DNA of 61,497 nt, the filler included, from Dimorphilus gyrociliatus (taxonomy: Eukaryota; Animalia; Annelida), in assembly GCA_904063045.1 (NCBI GenBank). It is 3 parts of 3 records of this genome, joined end to end, with 100 filler letters (N's around TTAATTAATTAA, not from the genome) between each part and the next. Parts side by side here need not be neighbours in the genome. Positions count along the whole stretch, not along the records: positions 18,930 to 49,936 come from CAJFCJ010000134.1; 2 more parts are not named here. The stretch is one strand, 5' to 3'. The position numbers were made by a program, and so were the translations under genes. How positions within the stretch are numbered: the stretch's first letter is position 1; every line of letters starts with the position of its first letter. The notes below the pieces were generated by a model. That model searched no databases and had not been told where the DNA came from. It was given only the letters and a program-made list of their open reading frames with translations. Positions 24,481-36,838 of this stretch are shown here, one piece after another.

Positions 24481-25423
24481 TGTTTGTACACATACATTCG
24501 TCAGCTATATTCTACAATAGAGAAGTAGTATTGAACCAGTATTGTACTATGCAGATAGCACTGATAAAGATAGGCAGTAGTGACCTAGTTTCGCATAGGG
24601 CAGTGCATACACATTATGCAGTAATAAAACCTATTGAATTATATAAAGAATATTTGCTATTTGCAACCTAGCATTAATATTACAATTTATTAATCCATAA
24701 ATTTATGATTTCGAACTAAAACTAGTTCAATTAATTATCAATTATGCTTAAATTCTAAGGTTAGATTATATTCACTATTCAACAGTATTGTATACACAAT
24801 ACTGTTCTTTTTAACATGCATTAATCAGATATACTTCCTCCTTATATGCTGATGCTAAATTTACTAACTCAATCAATTGAATATCATTATTAAGGTAGAA
24901 TATAAAAACGGTCAAATATACAATCTACATGTTTTCTTGATTGTTGGACTTGTCCTACTAAAATTGTTACATCTTATGCAACTCTCCAACCTTCGAAATT
25001 CAACTATTATTTAGAAGAGGAAAACAATAAAAACATGACCATATTTAGAACTTTTCTTTGTCTTCAAATGTTACTTTTGTTTTTGTGAACATTGAAATTT
25101 GTGAACTATCAACCCTTAAAAGAGTATATAAACCCTACGAAATTAACAGTTGATAGTTCAGTTTTCTAACCGTCAGCTAGTTGTTTAAACTAGCTTGTTT
25201 AGAACTAGAAGCTCATTTTACTCAATACATATTCTTTGGACGAAATACTGGTGTTTTGTTAATCAATTTCTACCGAAATTGCCTTTGTTAGACTATTTGT
25301 GGACGAACTTTAAAGGTTCTATTTGGACCAGTACTTTGGCAAGTTGGTAAATGATTGGAAAGGACGATTACAGTTGTGACGAACCAGAAATTCCTACAAT
25401 TACAATACAACAAAGTACAATCA
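24481..25423 (+). repeat. 3' LTR of copy 1 (943 bp)
   Basis: Starts TGTTTGTAC after the PPT and ends GTACAATCA (imperfect terminal inverted repeat, TG...CA). Homology to 43743-44685 stops exactly here. Confidence 0.9.
25125..25163 (+). promoter_or_regulatory. putative LTR core promoter (TATA + Inr)
   Basis: TATATAAA at 25125-25132 followed about 30 nt later by TCAGTT (25158-25163); conserved in the other LTR. Confidence 0.55.
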
Positions 25424-25439
25424 AGTATTTGAAAAAAGC

Positions 25440-26935
25440 ATGTGTGATGAAATTGAGCCATTCAAAATTCTTGAAAAGGCAAGTGCTAAAGGGAAAAATG
25501 TGTTGATACATAATGGATATTGGTATACATTAAAGTGTAATCGTGGTGAAACAACATACTGGACTTGTGGTGTAAGAACAAAGAAGCAAAAGTGCAAAGC
25601 TGCAATTACTGAATTGAATTACTCCTATACATTATCTAAAGCTGAGCACTTTCACAGTCCTGTTAAAGACATTGAAAATAAACTTATTTTGAAAAAGAAT
25701 GTCAGGGAGAAAGGCAAAGTTAATGTTCATCAAAATGGGAGAAGCATTGCAGAGGAAACTCTAATTGAATTCAACAAAAATGAATCTTTACCATCAATAA
25801 AATCTTGCATTGAAGTTGTTAACTATCACAAAAGAAAAAATAGACCAAAAGAGCCTACTGGTTTAAGATTTATTATAAAGCAAATGTTCTTACCAGAAAA
25901 CTTCTTGAAAGTGGATATTTTTGAAAAGCAAACAAGAGTAGTAATATTTGCAACAGACCATCAACTTAATCTTTTACAATCAACAAATATTTGGTTCCTT
26001 GATGGAACATTCAAACCTGCAAATGATCCATTCAAGCAATTATACTCCATTCATGGATTTCTAAAAAAAGATTCAGAATTGAAACAAGTCCCTCTCTTAT
26101 TTGCATTCTGCTCATCCAAGAAAAAATCAGCTTATAAAATTATATTCAAGGTAAATAAGATAAATTCAAAATGTATTTCTTTAAATACTGTTAATATTTT
26201 ATAGGCTGTTTTTAAACTGACTAATGGATTTCAACCAAAAACTGCCATGCTAGATTTTGAAGAGAGTGCATGGAGAGCTATGAGTGAATTAGCACCTGAT
26301 GTTAACATAATTGGATGTCTTTTTCACTGGTGTCAAGCAATTTACAGAAAGATTGGGGTAATGTATAAATAAAAAGTTTTTTATAACTTTTTAATAGTTT
26401 TTATTCAATCATTTATTAATAATAGGAGCTTGGACATCAATCACAATATAAAAATCGCACAGGAGAATGGTTTGCAATGAGACTACTCCTCTCTCTACCA
26501 TTTCTACCATCAGATCACATCAAACATCAATTTGAAAGTATAAAAGATTATCTGCAAGAATGTAATGAGTTATCTCAACTGATTTCTTACATTCAAAATA
26601 CATGGATTGATAGTACAATTTGGCCTCCATCAGCTTGGTCATGTTTCAAAAGAGCAATTCGCACAAACAATGATCTGGAAGGCTTCCATCAAAAATTTAA
26701 CTCATCTTTTGGGAATAGAACATCATTCTACATAATTGTTCAAAAGTTGAAACATGAAGCAGATCTAATCAATGTCTTTGAAAAGCTTCTATCTGAAAAG
26801 AAAATCTGCAGAAATCAGAGAAAAACTTATAAGCATCTACAAAAAAAAATCTTTGAAGCTTGGGAAAGTTTTGAAAGATCTGAAATGAATGTTTCTCAAC
26901 TACTGCAACTTTGTTGTTCAATTTATCATCCATAA
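25440..26935 (+). CDS. FLYWCH-type MULE (Mutator-like) transposase, apparently intact, 3 exons (~457 aa)
   Basis: Exons 25440-26150, 26205-26357 and 26426-26935 splice in phase 0. FLYWCH (LIHNGYWY...YWTC...C...H), DGTF, LDFE, CLFH, RTNNDLEGFH. Confidence 0.9.
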
Positions 26936-27155
26936 TGTGTGATTTTTGAAGTTTAAAATGTTAGTTTCTAGCACTGTTTACTTTACTTTTCTTGTAATGT
27001 AACATTTTACAATTAGTTGCTAAATACATTTTCATAAGTTTGATAAGTTCTGGTGTACATAAAAATTTATCAATAACTTTATTTAAATATTCATTTATAA
27101 TATACATTTACCTAAGAATTACACTTTTTCTCTTTTAAAGATATTTGTAGTGGTT

Positions 27156-27273
27156 GTGGACATTTTCCATATATTTGTGGACATTTTCCATATTGTCTGT
27201 GGACATTTTCCATAAATTTGTGGACGTTTTCCATTGTGGACATTTTCCATTGTGGACGTTTTCCATGACATCC
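27156..27273 (+). repeat. right terminal repeat of the MULE element
   Basis: Six GTGGAC(A/G)TTTTCCA units ending in CCATGACATCC, just downstream of the transposase. Confidence 0.75.
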
Positions 27274-28957
27274 TAATTTAATGTATCAAATGTCTTTATA
27301 AATGTTTGTATTATTTTCTAACAATGATTTTGGTCAAAATTTCATCAAAATCGGCCCAGTAGGTGCTGAGATATGGATTATAAGGAACATTATATATAAA
27401 CTCTGTTAAAAGTCTATATAAACAATAATATTCGACGTTCAAAAAAACTAAATTTCTTATTATTAAAGTTACAGCTCTGAAATTTTGTACATATACTAAT
27501 ATTGATATACCGATTATAAATCTTTTTACAGAATTCAATTATCTTTTATAGTTTGGGAGCTACGTTATATTAAAGTTTGCATTACAAGACTTTTTTTTTA
27601 AAAAAAAAGAAAAAAAAATTTTTTCATCTTGAGTTATGTGTTAAAAAAAAAGAATGGCAGTGCTGTCTGTTAATTAGTTTCAATATTACGAACTCAATAT
27701 TATTTGGTCAGTCTGCCTACACCCCTACACATCATAATGTAAGTAAAATTAATTAATAACCCAGATTAATATCTGCTTTTGTAATTAATTTTTGTTGTAT
27801 TTTATCTATTAAAATATGTAGAATGTTGTCTGTTGCTTTTTAATTATTTTATTCAAATACTTTACTTTAAATCCCATTAATTTCCGCCAAAAGACATAAG
27901 TTACTTTTGAACACTACATTAAATGTCAGCCTATCATATTTTTGTCACAAAATTTTAACTCTGTTAGTAATTAAGTTAGAGCTTTGAAATTCGGTACATA
28001 GATTGTTATTATTACGGCGATATCAAATCTTTTTACAGAACTCAATTATCTTTTATGGTTCAAAAGATATGGCGCCATTAAATTTTAGTAACTATTCTTT
28101 ATATGAGCTTATATGAAATATTCGTCAGGGTTAAACTAACTCTGTTATTAATAATCATAAAGCTTTCAAAGTTGGTACATAGACTAATATTAATGCTCCG
28201 ATCCTAAATCCTTTTACAGAATTCAATTATCTTGTATGGTTCAAAAGTTATGGCGCTGTTAAATTCTGTTGCTATTTCTTCTCCATAGGTCTATATAAAA
28301 TATTCATTAGGGTCGATAAAATTTAGTTAATATGTACAATAGAGCTTTGAAATTCAGTTCATATAGTAATATTGGTACGCCGATTTCAAATCTGTTTACA
28401 GAATTCAATTATCTCTTTTGGTTCAAAAGTTATGGCAACTTTATTTTTTCGTCAATACTTTGTATTTAGGCCTTAAAAAATATTCGTCATCTGAAAACTA
28501 ACTTTCTTATTAGTTAGCTTAGAGCTTTGAAACTTGGTATATAGACTAATTTTGGTATGCTGATCTCAAATCTGCTTACAGAATCCAAATATCAGTTACC
28601 GTTTTTGAGCTATTTACAATTAAAGTGTTTTACAGTTTGCTGTTATAAATATTTTTATTGTTATGATATTGTTGTGTTCAAAAGTTAATTGTTATGAATG
28701 TAAGAGTGTTTGAATTGTATATTGGAGTTTTAGTGTGCTTTTTAATAATTTGATTGTAATTATCTGTTTTTAATTAAGATAAAGCTTTGTTGTTTGGTAG
28801 ATAGATTAATACTTTGATTATAAATTTCTGTAGTAACTACATTGATTTATTCAACTCCAACAGTTCTAAAATTTAAGTAACACTTGGAACAAAAGTGAGT
28901 TAATTTAGTATTAATCTATTGAATTGTGTTTGAAAGATTTTTTCTTCTTTTCTAGAG

Positions 28958-30358
28958 ATGCATAGTTGGTTGAGCTACCAAAAGGAAAAGCAAATCAGCC
29001 CAACATTTATTAATTTCAGTAAAGCAAACCTGATGCTACAGTTAAAATATATTTTTAGAGTATATAAAAATCATGTAAACAACAATTTTGCTAAAACTTT
29101 TGTACCTTTTCTGATGAATCACTTTTTAACAATGTCTTTACTTAGTGATGAAAAGCTGGAAGAAAAAAAAGAATTATTAGATGGATTCAATTTAATTGTA
29201 CAGAATTTTCAAGAAGAATTAACAAAGTTATTAAAGAGATATTATGAAAAGAAAATGAACTTGAAACATTATTTTTATTTGAAACCATTGCTTCAAGCAA
29301 TGGAAAATTGGCAAGAAATAGAAAAGTTACTACATTTTTTTAAAATTAAAATTTTTGGGCCTGAATCAACTGAAATAATAGCTGATGAGCTTTGTGGAGA
29401 AATAAAAAATATTTTTTATGACAATGAGCAGGAAGATCAGGAAGAACAAAATTCTGTGTTAATTAGCCAAGAGCAAGAAGAGGAACACCATCCTGAGAAA
29501 CAAGTGTCAGTAGAACAAGACTCTTCTCAGCAACAGCATCCTGAGGAACAAGTGGCAGTAGAACAAGAGTCTTCTCAGCAACAGCATCCTGAGGAACAAG
29601 TGGCAGTAGAACAAGAGTCTTCTCAGGAACCAGAAGAAATACAACAAGATCATGCTGAAGAACATGAGGAAGATGAAGAACCTGTTGAGGAAGAAGAGGA
29701 TGAACAAGAAGATGTAGAAGAATTTTACTATCATGAGCAGAGGATGGAAGTAGAAAGAGAGGAAATTGATAAGAGTGAACCACAAAATAATGTACAACAA
29801 AGTGATACAAACAATGAAATGTACAAAGTGATGAAAGAGAGAAATGAAGAATTTTTTTTACTAAAAAACATGTGTTATCTCACAAAAATGTACAATTATT
29901 ATATCAATGGGGGAAATGCAGAATCACAAAAACTCATTTTAAAATCTCTAATACCTGATCTTCAAGCAACTGCTAAAATTATTTTTGTTAGCAATTATTT
30001 TATAAATTTAACCAAAAAAGAATTTGATATCATTTTAAAGAATTTGGAGGTAAAGGATATGCAATTTATTCTTTTTAAAAAGTTATCTTTGAAAAGAATA
30101 GAAAATATTTTAATCAACTGGCACCTGGAAAACAAAGTTATTATTTTTGTTGTGAAAAAATATCCAAAAAATCTGGGATTCATACCTTGTGAATTTTTGA
30201 AAAATATTCAAAGAAATACCAACAAGGTTAAAATGGAAAGCCTTTTTAAAATTGCTGGATTCAATTTTATAGATTTCACCTTTAAAAATTATAAAAAAGA
30301 GCAAACTTGTCTCTTAAAATTCATGAAAAAATTTTTAAAACAATTGTATAGACAATAA
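28958..30358 (+). CDS. orphan intronless 466-aa protein with central E/Q-rich region
   Basis: 1.4-kb open frame in very AT-rich DNA, preceded by a polypyrimidine-AG. No recognisable domain. Confidence 0.6.
   Translation: MHSWLSYQKEKQISPTFINFSKANLMLQLKYIFRVYKNHVNNNFAKTFVPFLMNHFLTMSLLSDEKLEEKKELLDGFNLIVQNFQEELTKLLKRYYEKKMNLKHYFYLKPLLQAMENWQEIEKLLHFFKIKIFGPESTEIIADELCGEIKNIFYDNEQEDQEEQNSVLISQEQEEEHHPEKQVSVEQDSSQQQHPEEQVAVEQESSQQQHPEEQVAVEQESSQEPEEIQQDHAEEHEEDEEPVEEEEDEQEDVEEFYYHEQRMEVEREEIDKSEPQNNVQQSDTNNEMYKVMKERNEEFFLLKNMCYLTKMYNYYINGGNAESQKLILKSLIPDLQATAKIIFVSNYFINLTKKEFDIILKNLEVKDMQFILFKKLSLKRIENILINWHLENKVIIFVVKKYPKNLGFIPCEFLKNIQRNTNKVKMESLFKIAGFNFIDFTFKNYKKEQTCLLKFMKKFLKQLYRQ
29489..29627 (+). 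repeat. 48-bp (16-aa) coding tandem repeat, about 3 copies
   Basis: HPEKQVSVEQDSSQQQ / HPEEQVAVEQESSQQQ / HPEEQVAVEQESSQ starting at 29489, 29537 and 29585. Confidence 0.9.
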
Positions 30359-33300
30359 CTTTATTCATTTCTCTTACTTTTATATGTTTTTAATACTAGA
30401 TTATAGAGATTTCTTTTTTTTTTCCAATTTATATTACTTTTTTCTTTTTAATACAAATTGATTTTAAAACAAAAATTACCCAGCCTTTAATTCATTTTTT
30501 CATTTTAATTTACAATACTTTAATATATTCTTATTCTGCCAATAATTTTGCTTCAAATTTGATCAAAATCGGTGCAGTAGTTGCTGAGCTATGATTTTCT
30601 TTCCACATTGTAATTTAACACTTTTTTTGGTATATATATACAACAAAAATATTTGTCAAAAAAAAGTCAAATTTGTTAATATTTAAGTTAGAGCTTTCAA
30701 ATTTGGTGCATATACTAATATCACTACGCCAATCTCAAATCTTTTTACAGAATTCAGTTATCTCTTACGGTTCCAGAGTTATGGCGCCTTCAAAATTTGT
30801 TTATTATTTCTTACATATAAGCAGCCAATAGAAAATATTTGTCAGGGATGAATTAAATCTCTTAGGAATTAACATACATCTTTGTTATTCTGTACATAGA
30901 ATAATATTACTACACTGTTCATAAATCTTTTTACAGAATTCAAGTATCTCTTATAGTTTGAGAGCTACATTTAGTTAATATTTAATGCATATTCCTTATA
31001 TAATTCATTATAATAATTAATGTTTTTTAAATGACAAATACTTAATTAATGTACCGAATGTCTTTCTAATTGTACATATTTTTTTCTGACAATAATTATG
31101 GTTCAAATTTGATCAAAATCGGCCCAGTAGTTGCTGAGATATGCATTCTTTTGAATGTTGTACTTTAACACTGTTACAGGCTAATATAGATAAAAAAATA
31201 TTCGTCATAAAAAAATTAAATTTGTTAATATTTAAGATAGAGCTTTCAAATTTGGTACATAAGCTAATATTCTTACGCCAATCTCAAATCTTTTCCCAGA
31301 ATTCAATTATCTCTTATGGTTTCCTAGCTAGGTTACCTTGAAGTTTAGTAGCATCTTCCTTATATAATTCATTATATAAATTTTTTTTTTAAATGGAAAA
31401 TATTGTGCTTATGTAACTAATATATTTCTAATTATCCATGTCTTCTTCTGCCAATAATTTTACTTCAAATTTCGTCAAAATCAGCCAGGTAGTTGCTGAG
31501 ATATGGATCTTTTTTAATGTTATGTTTAAACTCAGTTGTATGACATAAAAATAAAACATTCGCCAAAAAAAACTAGATTTGTTATTAATTATGATAGAGC
31601 TTTGAAATTTTGTACATATACTAATATAGGTATTCTAATCTCAAATCTTTTCACAGAATTTTGTTATCTCTTATAGTTTTTGAGCTATGTTGCCTTGAAG
31701 TTTAGTGCATCTCTTTTATGTAATTCATTAAATAATTTATTTTTTTTATATAAGTTACTTTTGAACAGTACATTAAATGTCAGCCTATAATCATATTTTC
31801 GTCACAAAATTTTTATTCTGTTATTAATTAAGTTAAAGCTTTCAAATTCTGTACATAGATTGATATTATTACGCCTATATCAAATCTTTTTACAGAACTC
31901 AATTATCTTTTATGGTTCAAAAGATATGGCGCTGTCAAGTTTTATTCATTATTCTTTATTTGTGAGCTTTATGAAATATTCGTCAGGGTTAAACTAACTC
32001 TGTTATTAATAATCATAAAGCTTTCAAAGTTGGTACATAGATTAATATTAGTGGGCCTATTATAAATCCTTTTACAGAATCCAAATATCTCTTTTAGCTC
32101 AAAAGTTATGGCAACTTTATATTTTAATTGATACTTTGTATATAGACCTACAAAAAACATTTGTCATCTGAAATCTAACTTTGTTATTACTTAACTTAGA
32201 GCTTTGAAACTTGGTATATTGACTATTTTCGGTTTGCCAATCTCAAATCTGCTTACAGAATCCAAATATCAGTTACTATTAGAAGTTAAGGTGTTTTACA
32301 GTTTGCTATTATAAGGAAATTAGAAACAATTCCAACAGAGTGTTTATGTAGAAAAATTTTCTACCTACCAGAATGGAAAGTACATTTAAAATAGCCAAAC
32401 TGCAGTTTATTGACTAACCCTGTTGTTAATTAAGATAGAGCTTTGAAATTCAGTACATACACTAATACTATAATGCTGATATCAAGTTACAACAAACTCT
32501 TATCTCTCTTTAACATGTTTGTAGAACTTTCTCACACTCAGATTTAATTTGATTATCAGTGATTTTAAAGTTTACTAACTAACTTCATGTTTCCACATTG
32601 GTGTTATATAATTTTATCTAGGCCAGATTAGCTTATGGCATGTTCCCACAAGATTTTCCATGTGTCTTATATATATTATAAATGTTTTTTTCACAGAAAT
32701 CATTTATAGTTTGAAGATTAAGGAGTCAACATCACCTTAAAAATAGCTGGTCTTATGAACAACTTCTACAATTCCTTTCAAAATATACATCCTTCAATGA
32801 TAGAATGGTATGTAGATATGTCATTGAACAGGAAAGTGTGTTATATATATTTTGAATGTTTTATTCACATGGTTCATATTTAGTTTGAAGAATAAGGAGT
32901 CAAAATCACATTTAAAATACCCAGTTAAATGAACATCCCCTACAATTGCTGATGATTTTAAAATGGTATGTACAAATTCTGATATACAGTATCATAATAC
33001 ATAGCACTTTCAATATGATAAATATTAAAAAAAAACCTGAAGAAGTGAATTCCCTATTGGAATCCTTCAATCCTTCATCCTTCAATTTGATCAAAATCGG
33101 TCCACTAGTTTCTGAGATATGCATTCTTATGAATGTTATATTAAAACTCTACATGTAACACTAAAACATTCGTCACAAAAACATTAAATTTCTTATTAAT
33201 AATTACAGAGCTTTCAAATTTTGTACATAGACTAATATCGATATGCCAATTTCAAATCTTTATAAAGATTTTAATTATCTCTTATAGCTTTTGAATTGTG

Positions 33301-35489
33301 GTGCATTAAAAAGTAATACATTTTGCATATATAATTCATTATAATAATTAATATTTTTTAAATGACAAAAAATTAATGTATGAAATTGTTTTAAAGCTTG
33401 ATTTTGGTGTGTTTTTTCTTTTACAGCTAACTTTCTACCACCTAGAGTTGAAAGTACATTTAGGATTGTAAAATTCCAAATCATTGACTTCATATTCAAA
33501 CAATAAAAAAGGAGCAAAGTTGTTTATTGAAATTAATGAAGCAATTTTTGAAACAATTATACAGACAATAACTTTATCTTTTTTTTATTTTATGTTTTCA
33601 ATTCTAGATTATAGAGATTTCTTTTTTTGTCACTTTATATCACTTTTTTTCTTTTTAATAAAAACAACTTTATAAAACAAAAATTGCTTTGCATTCAATT
33701 AAATTTACAATTTTGATTCATTAGAATTTAATATAGGCTCATTCTAACAATAATTTTGCTTCAAATTTGATCAAAAACGGTGAAGTAGTTGTTGAGATAT
33801 GCATTCCTATGAACATTATATACAAACTCTATAGTAAATCTTAAAATATTCGTCAGAAAAAAACTAAATTTGTTATTAATTATTATAGAGTTTTGAAATT
33901 TTGTACATATACTAATATTAGTATCCTAATCTCAAATCTTTTTACAGAATTTAATTATCTCTTATAGTTTTTGAGCTATGTTGTCTTGAAGTTCAGTGCA
34001 TCTTCCTTATATAATTCATTATATAAACTTTTATTTATGAAATAGAATATATTGAATTAATATAACAAATATATTTCTAATCAGTAATAATTTTTCTAAC
34101 AAGAATTTTACTTCAAATTTGATCAAAATGGGTGCAGTAGTTGCTGAGCCATGATTTTGTTTGAACATTGTATTTTAACTGTGTTATTGATGTATATACA
34201 AAAAAATATTTGTCAAATAAAGTCTTTTTTTCTTATTATTTAAATACTAAATTTCTTATAGAGCTTTAAAACTTGGTGCATATACCAATATGAGTGTGCA
34301 AATCTCAAATCTTTTACAAAATTCAGTTATCTATTACAGTTCTGGAGTTATGGAGCCATTAAGTTATTTTTGTTATTTTTTACATATAAGCCTATAGAAA
34401 ATATTTGTTAGGGCTGGACTAGCTCTGCTATTAATTAGGATATATCCTTGTTATTCTGTATATATAATAATATCACTATACAGATCATAAATCTTTTTAC
34501 AGAATTCAATTATCTTTTGTAGTTCAAAAGTTAATTTTATTCAAGCCCATATATTCTTCCTTCTATATACCTTGTTATTTTATAAGCTTTAAACTATTAG
34601 GTATTTTGTATTCTTTATTTTTTTATCTATAATTTTTACCCCACAAGAATCTTTATCAACAAACAAATAAATCAAAATCTGGAGAGAAGCTTTTAATTAA
34701 GATTCTCAAACCTCTCATTCATTCCTTTATATTAGACCCTGAAGAGTCCCAGATATACAAATTTAATAGAGAGGGGGACGAAACCACGGTAGGTCAAGTA
34801 GGTAGGAAAAAAATTTAAGAAAAAAATTTTTGAAAATTTTTTGAAAAATTTTTTCTGTTGGAAATTGTTTTAAACATCGATTTTGGTGTATTTTTTCTTT
34901 GACTGCTTCCCAAAATCAACTGGGACTCTTGAAGTGTGAGAATTCTGTTTCTCTTTTTTGATTTAGTCAAAAAAAACCTTTTGCAAACCCTAACCCTGTA
35001 AATTTTTGTTTTTAACAGTCACAGAATTTTTACATCAAAGTGGAAAAAATTTTCTTGAATTTGGTTCAAATCAGAGAATTTATCATCAATTAAATATTAA
35101 TTATGATTTTTTTGAAAATTCAAAATATTACCATTGTGTAAAGAACATTATAAAAATTATACAATTTGTTCATTTTTATGGAATGGCATTTTAAGACAAA
35201 TTGACTATATTAGCATAAAGCTGCTGCTTTTAGGTTTCCAAACCAAACATGAAATGTTCAACTCATCTATTTATCTAAAAAAAAAATTCAATCCATGACG
35301 TCATCCAAAAGCTTTTTATAGAAGAAAATTTCCAAATTTTCAAATTGCATTGAATTACAATTGGAATTTTCATGAATGCCATTTTTCAAATCTGAAATAA
35401 ATATATATCACATTTCAATTTAGTTAATGTTGAAAAGTTTTCAGTTGATTATAAAAATCAAACTAACAGATTTAGAAAGAAACACAACT

Positions 35490-36806
35490 ATGAATTATTT
35501 TCTAACCAACTGGACAAAATTTTTCTGGATTTTCTCACTGGCAAAAAATTGTTTGTTATTTTCTACCAATTTCAATAATTCTACTTTCAAAATTGAAAAT
35601 TTCAAAGATGAGAATAAAATTGCAGTTGAAGGATATTTAATTGTCAAAAACAGCAATATTGATTTTTATACAAAATTTACTAGGTTAAGATTTTCTGAAA
35701 ATTTGAAATTATGTAAAGATATGAATTACGATTTTCTACACTCTTATTCGTATCCATGTAAATTAAAGAATGGTACAAATGAATGCATTATTGCGCAATT
35801 GCAATTTAAACCAAATCTCCAATACAAAATGTAAACAAATATTTGAAATTTTTTCAATTCATTCAAAAATCTGCAATATAAAAAATGTTCTAATTTTAGA
35901 TTAAAAGTTAACACTGCAACAACAACTGGAGTAGGTTTATGTATAAAATGCTTTAGAACAACAATTCCATGTAAGTTGCTTACATTTAACCAGTCAGTCA
36001 CTTGATTTAGAATGTTTTTATTTCCTAGACATTTTTGCCAGAAATTCTACAAATGAAAAATCCTTTAATATCCTCCTAAGACACAAAGAAATCAGTTACT
36101 GGATATTTCAATCTTCCAGTGTGGAAATTTGCAAACAACTGCAATTTATTGGAAATTGCGGAATAATTGATTGTAATATCAATGAAGAAAAGTTTATAAA
36201 ATTAATTTATTCAGGACAAACAATAAAAAAGATTGAAAAAGTAGAAAAAATTAAAAAGTCTAAACTAATTTGCACTATTCAAGAATATTTCTGTAAATTT
36301 TTCATATTTTTTCTCTCTTCGTCTCTTTCTTTCTCTCTCTCTATCCCTATCTCTCTGTCTCATCTCTGCGTCATCTCTCTTTCTCTTTATCTCTATCTCT
36401 CTCTTTCTCTCTCTATCTCTTTCTCTCTCTCTCCCTCTCTCTCTATCTCTCTCTCTCTCTCTCGCTCTATCTCCCCCCTTTGTTTCTCCCTCTTTCTCTC
36501 TCTGTCCTCCCCCCTCTCTTTCTATATATATATATCTCTCTCTCTATCTCTCTGCCTCTCTCTGTCTCATCTCTCCCTCATCTCTCTTTCTCTCCCTATT
36601 TCTCTCCCTATCTATCTCCATCTCTCTCTCTCTCTCTCTTTCTCTCTATCTCCCCCCTGTCTTTCTCTCTCTATCTCTCTCTATCTTCCCCTCCTCTCTC
36701 TCTCTTTCTCTCCCTATTTCTCTCCCTATCTATCTCCATCTCTCTATCTCTCTCTTTCTCTCTATCTCCCCCTGTCTTTCTCTCTCTATCTCTCTATCTT
36801 CCCCTC

Positions 36807-36838
<32 letters not shown>

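Larger units (their letters stand above)
18930..25423 (+). mobile_element. env-bearing Ty3/gypsy LTR retrotransposon, copy 1 (5' part lost in gap)
   Basis: RT-RNaseH-integrase-env order, near-identical to the reverse complement of 43743-49936, PPT followed by a 943-bp 3' LTR. Confidence 0.95.
27300..34560 (+). repeat. degenerate tandem array (~181-bp period in places) with higher-order duplications, possibly the interior of a non-autonomous Helitron-like element
   Basis: About 15 copies of AGAGCTTTGAAATTTNGTACATA...AAATCTTTTTACAGAATTCAATTATCT. Core positions 27981/28162/28344/28524 and 31838/32020/32201. Second motif CAAATTTGATCAAAATCGG...AGTAGTTGCTGAG. All copies share one orientation. Confidence 0.8.

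Noticed and set aside
27156-27273. CRISPR-like short direct repeats with variable spacers
   Set aside because: Eukaryotic context, spacers of only 1-9 nt and no cas genes; these are MULE subterminal repeats.
29463-29810. Antisense hydrophobic ORFs over the orphan gene
   Set aside because: Shadow frames of the purine-rich E/Q-coding strand.
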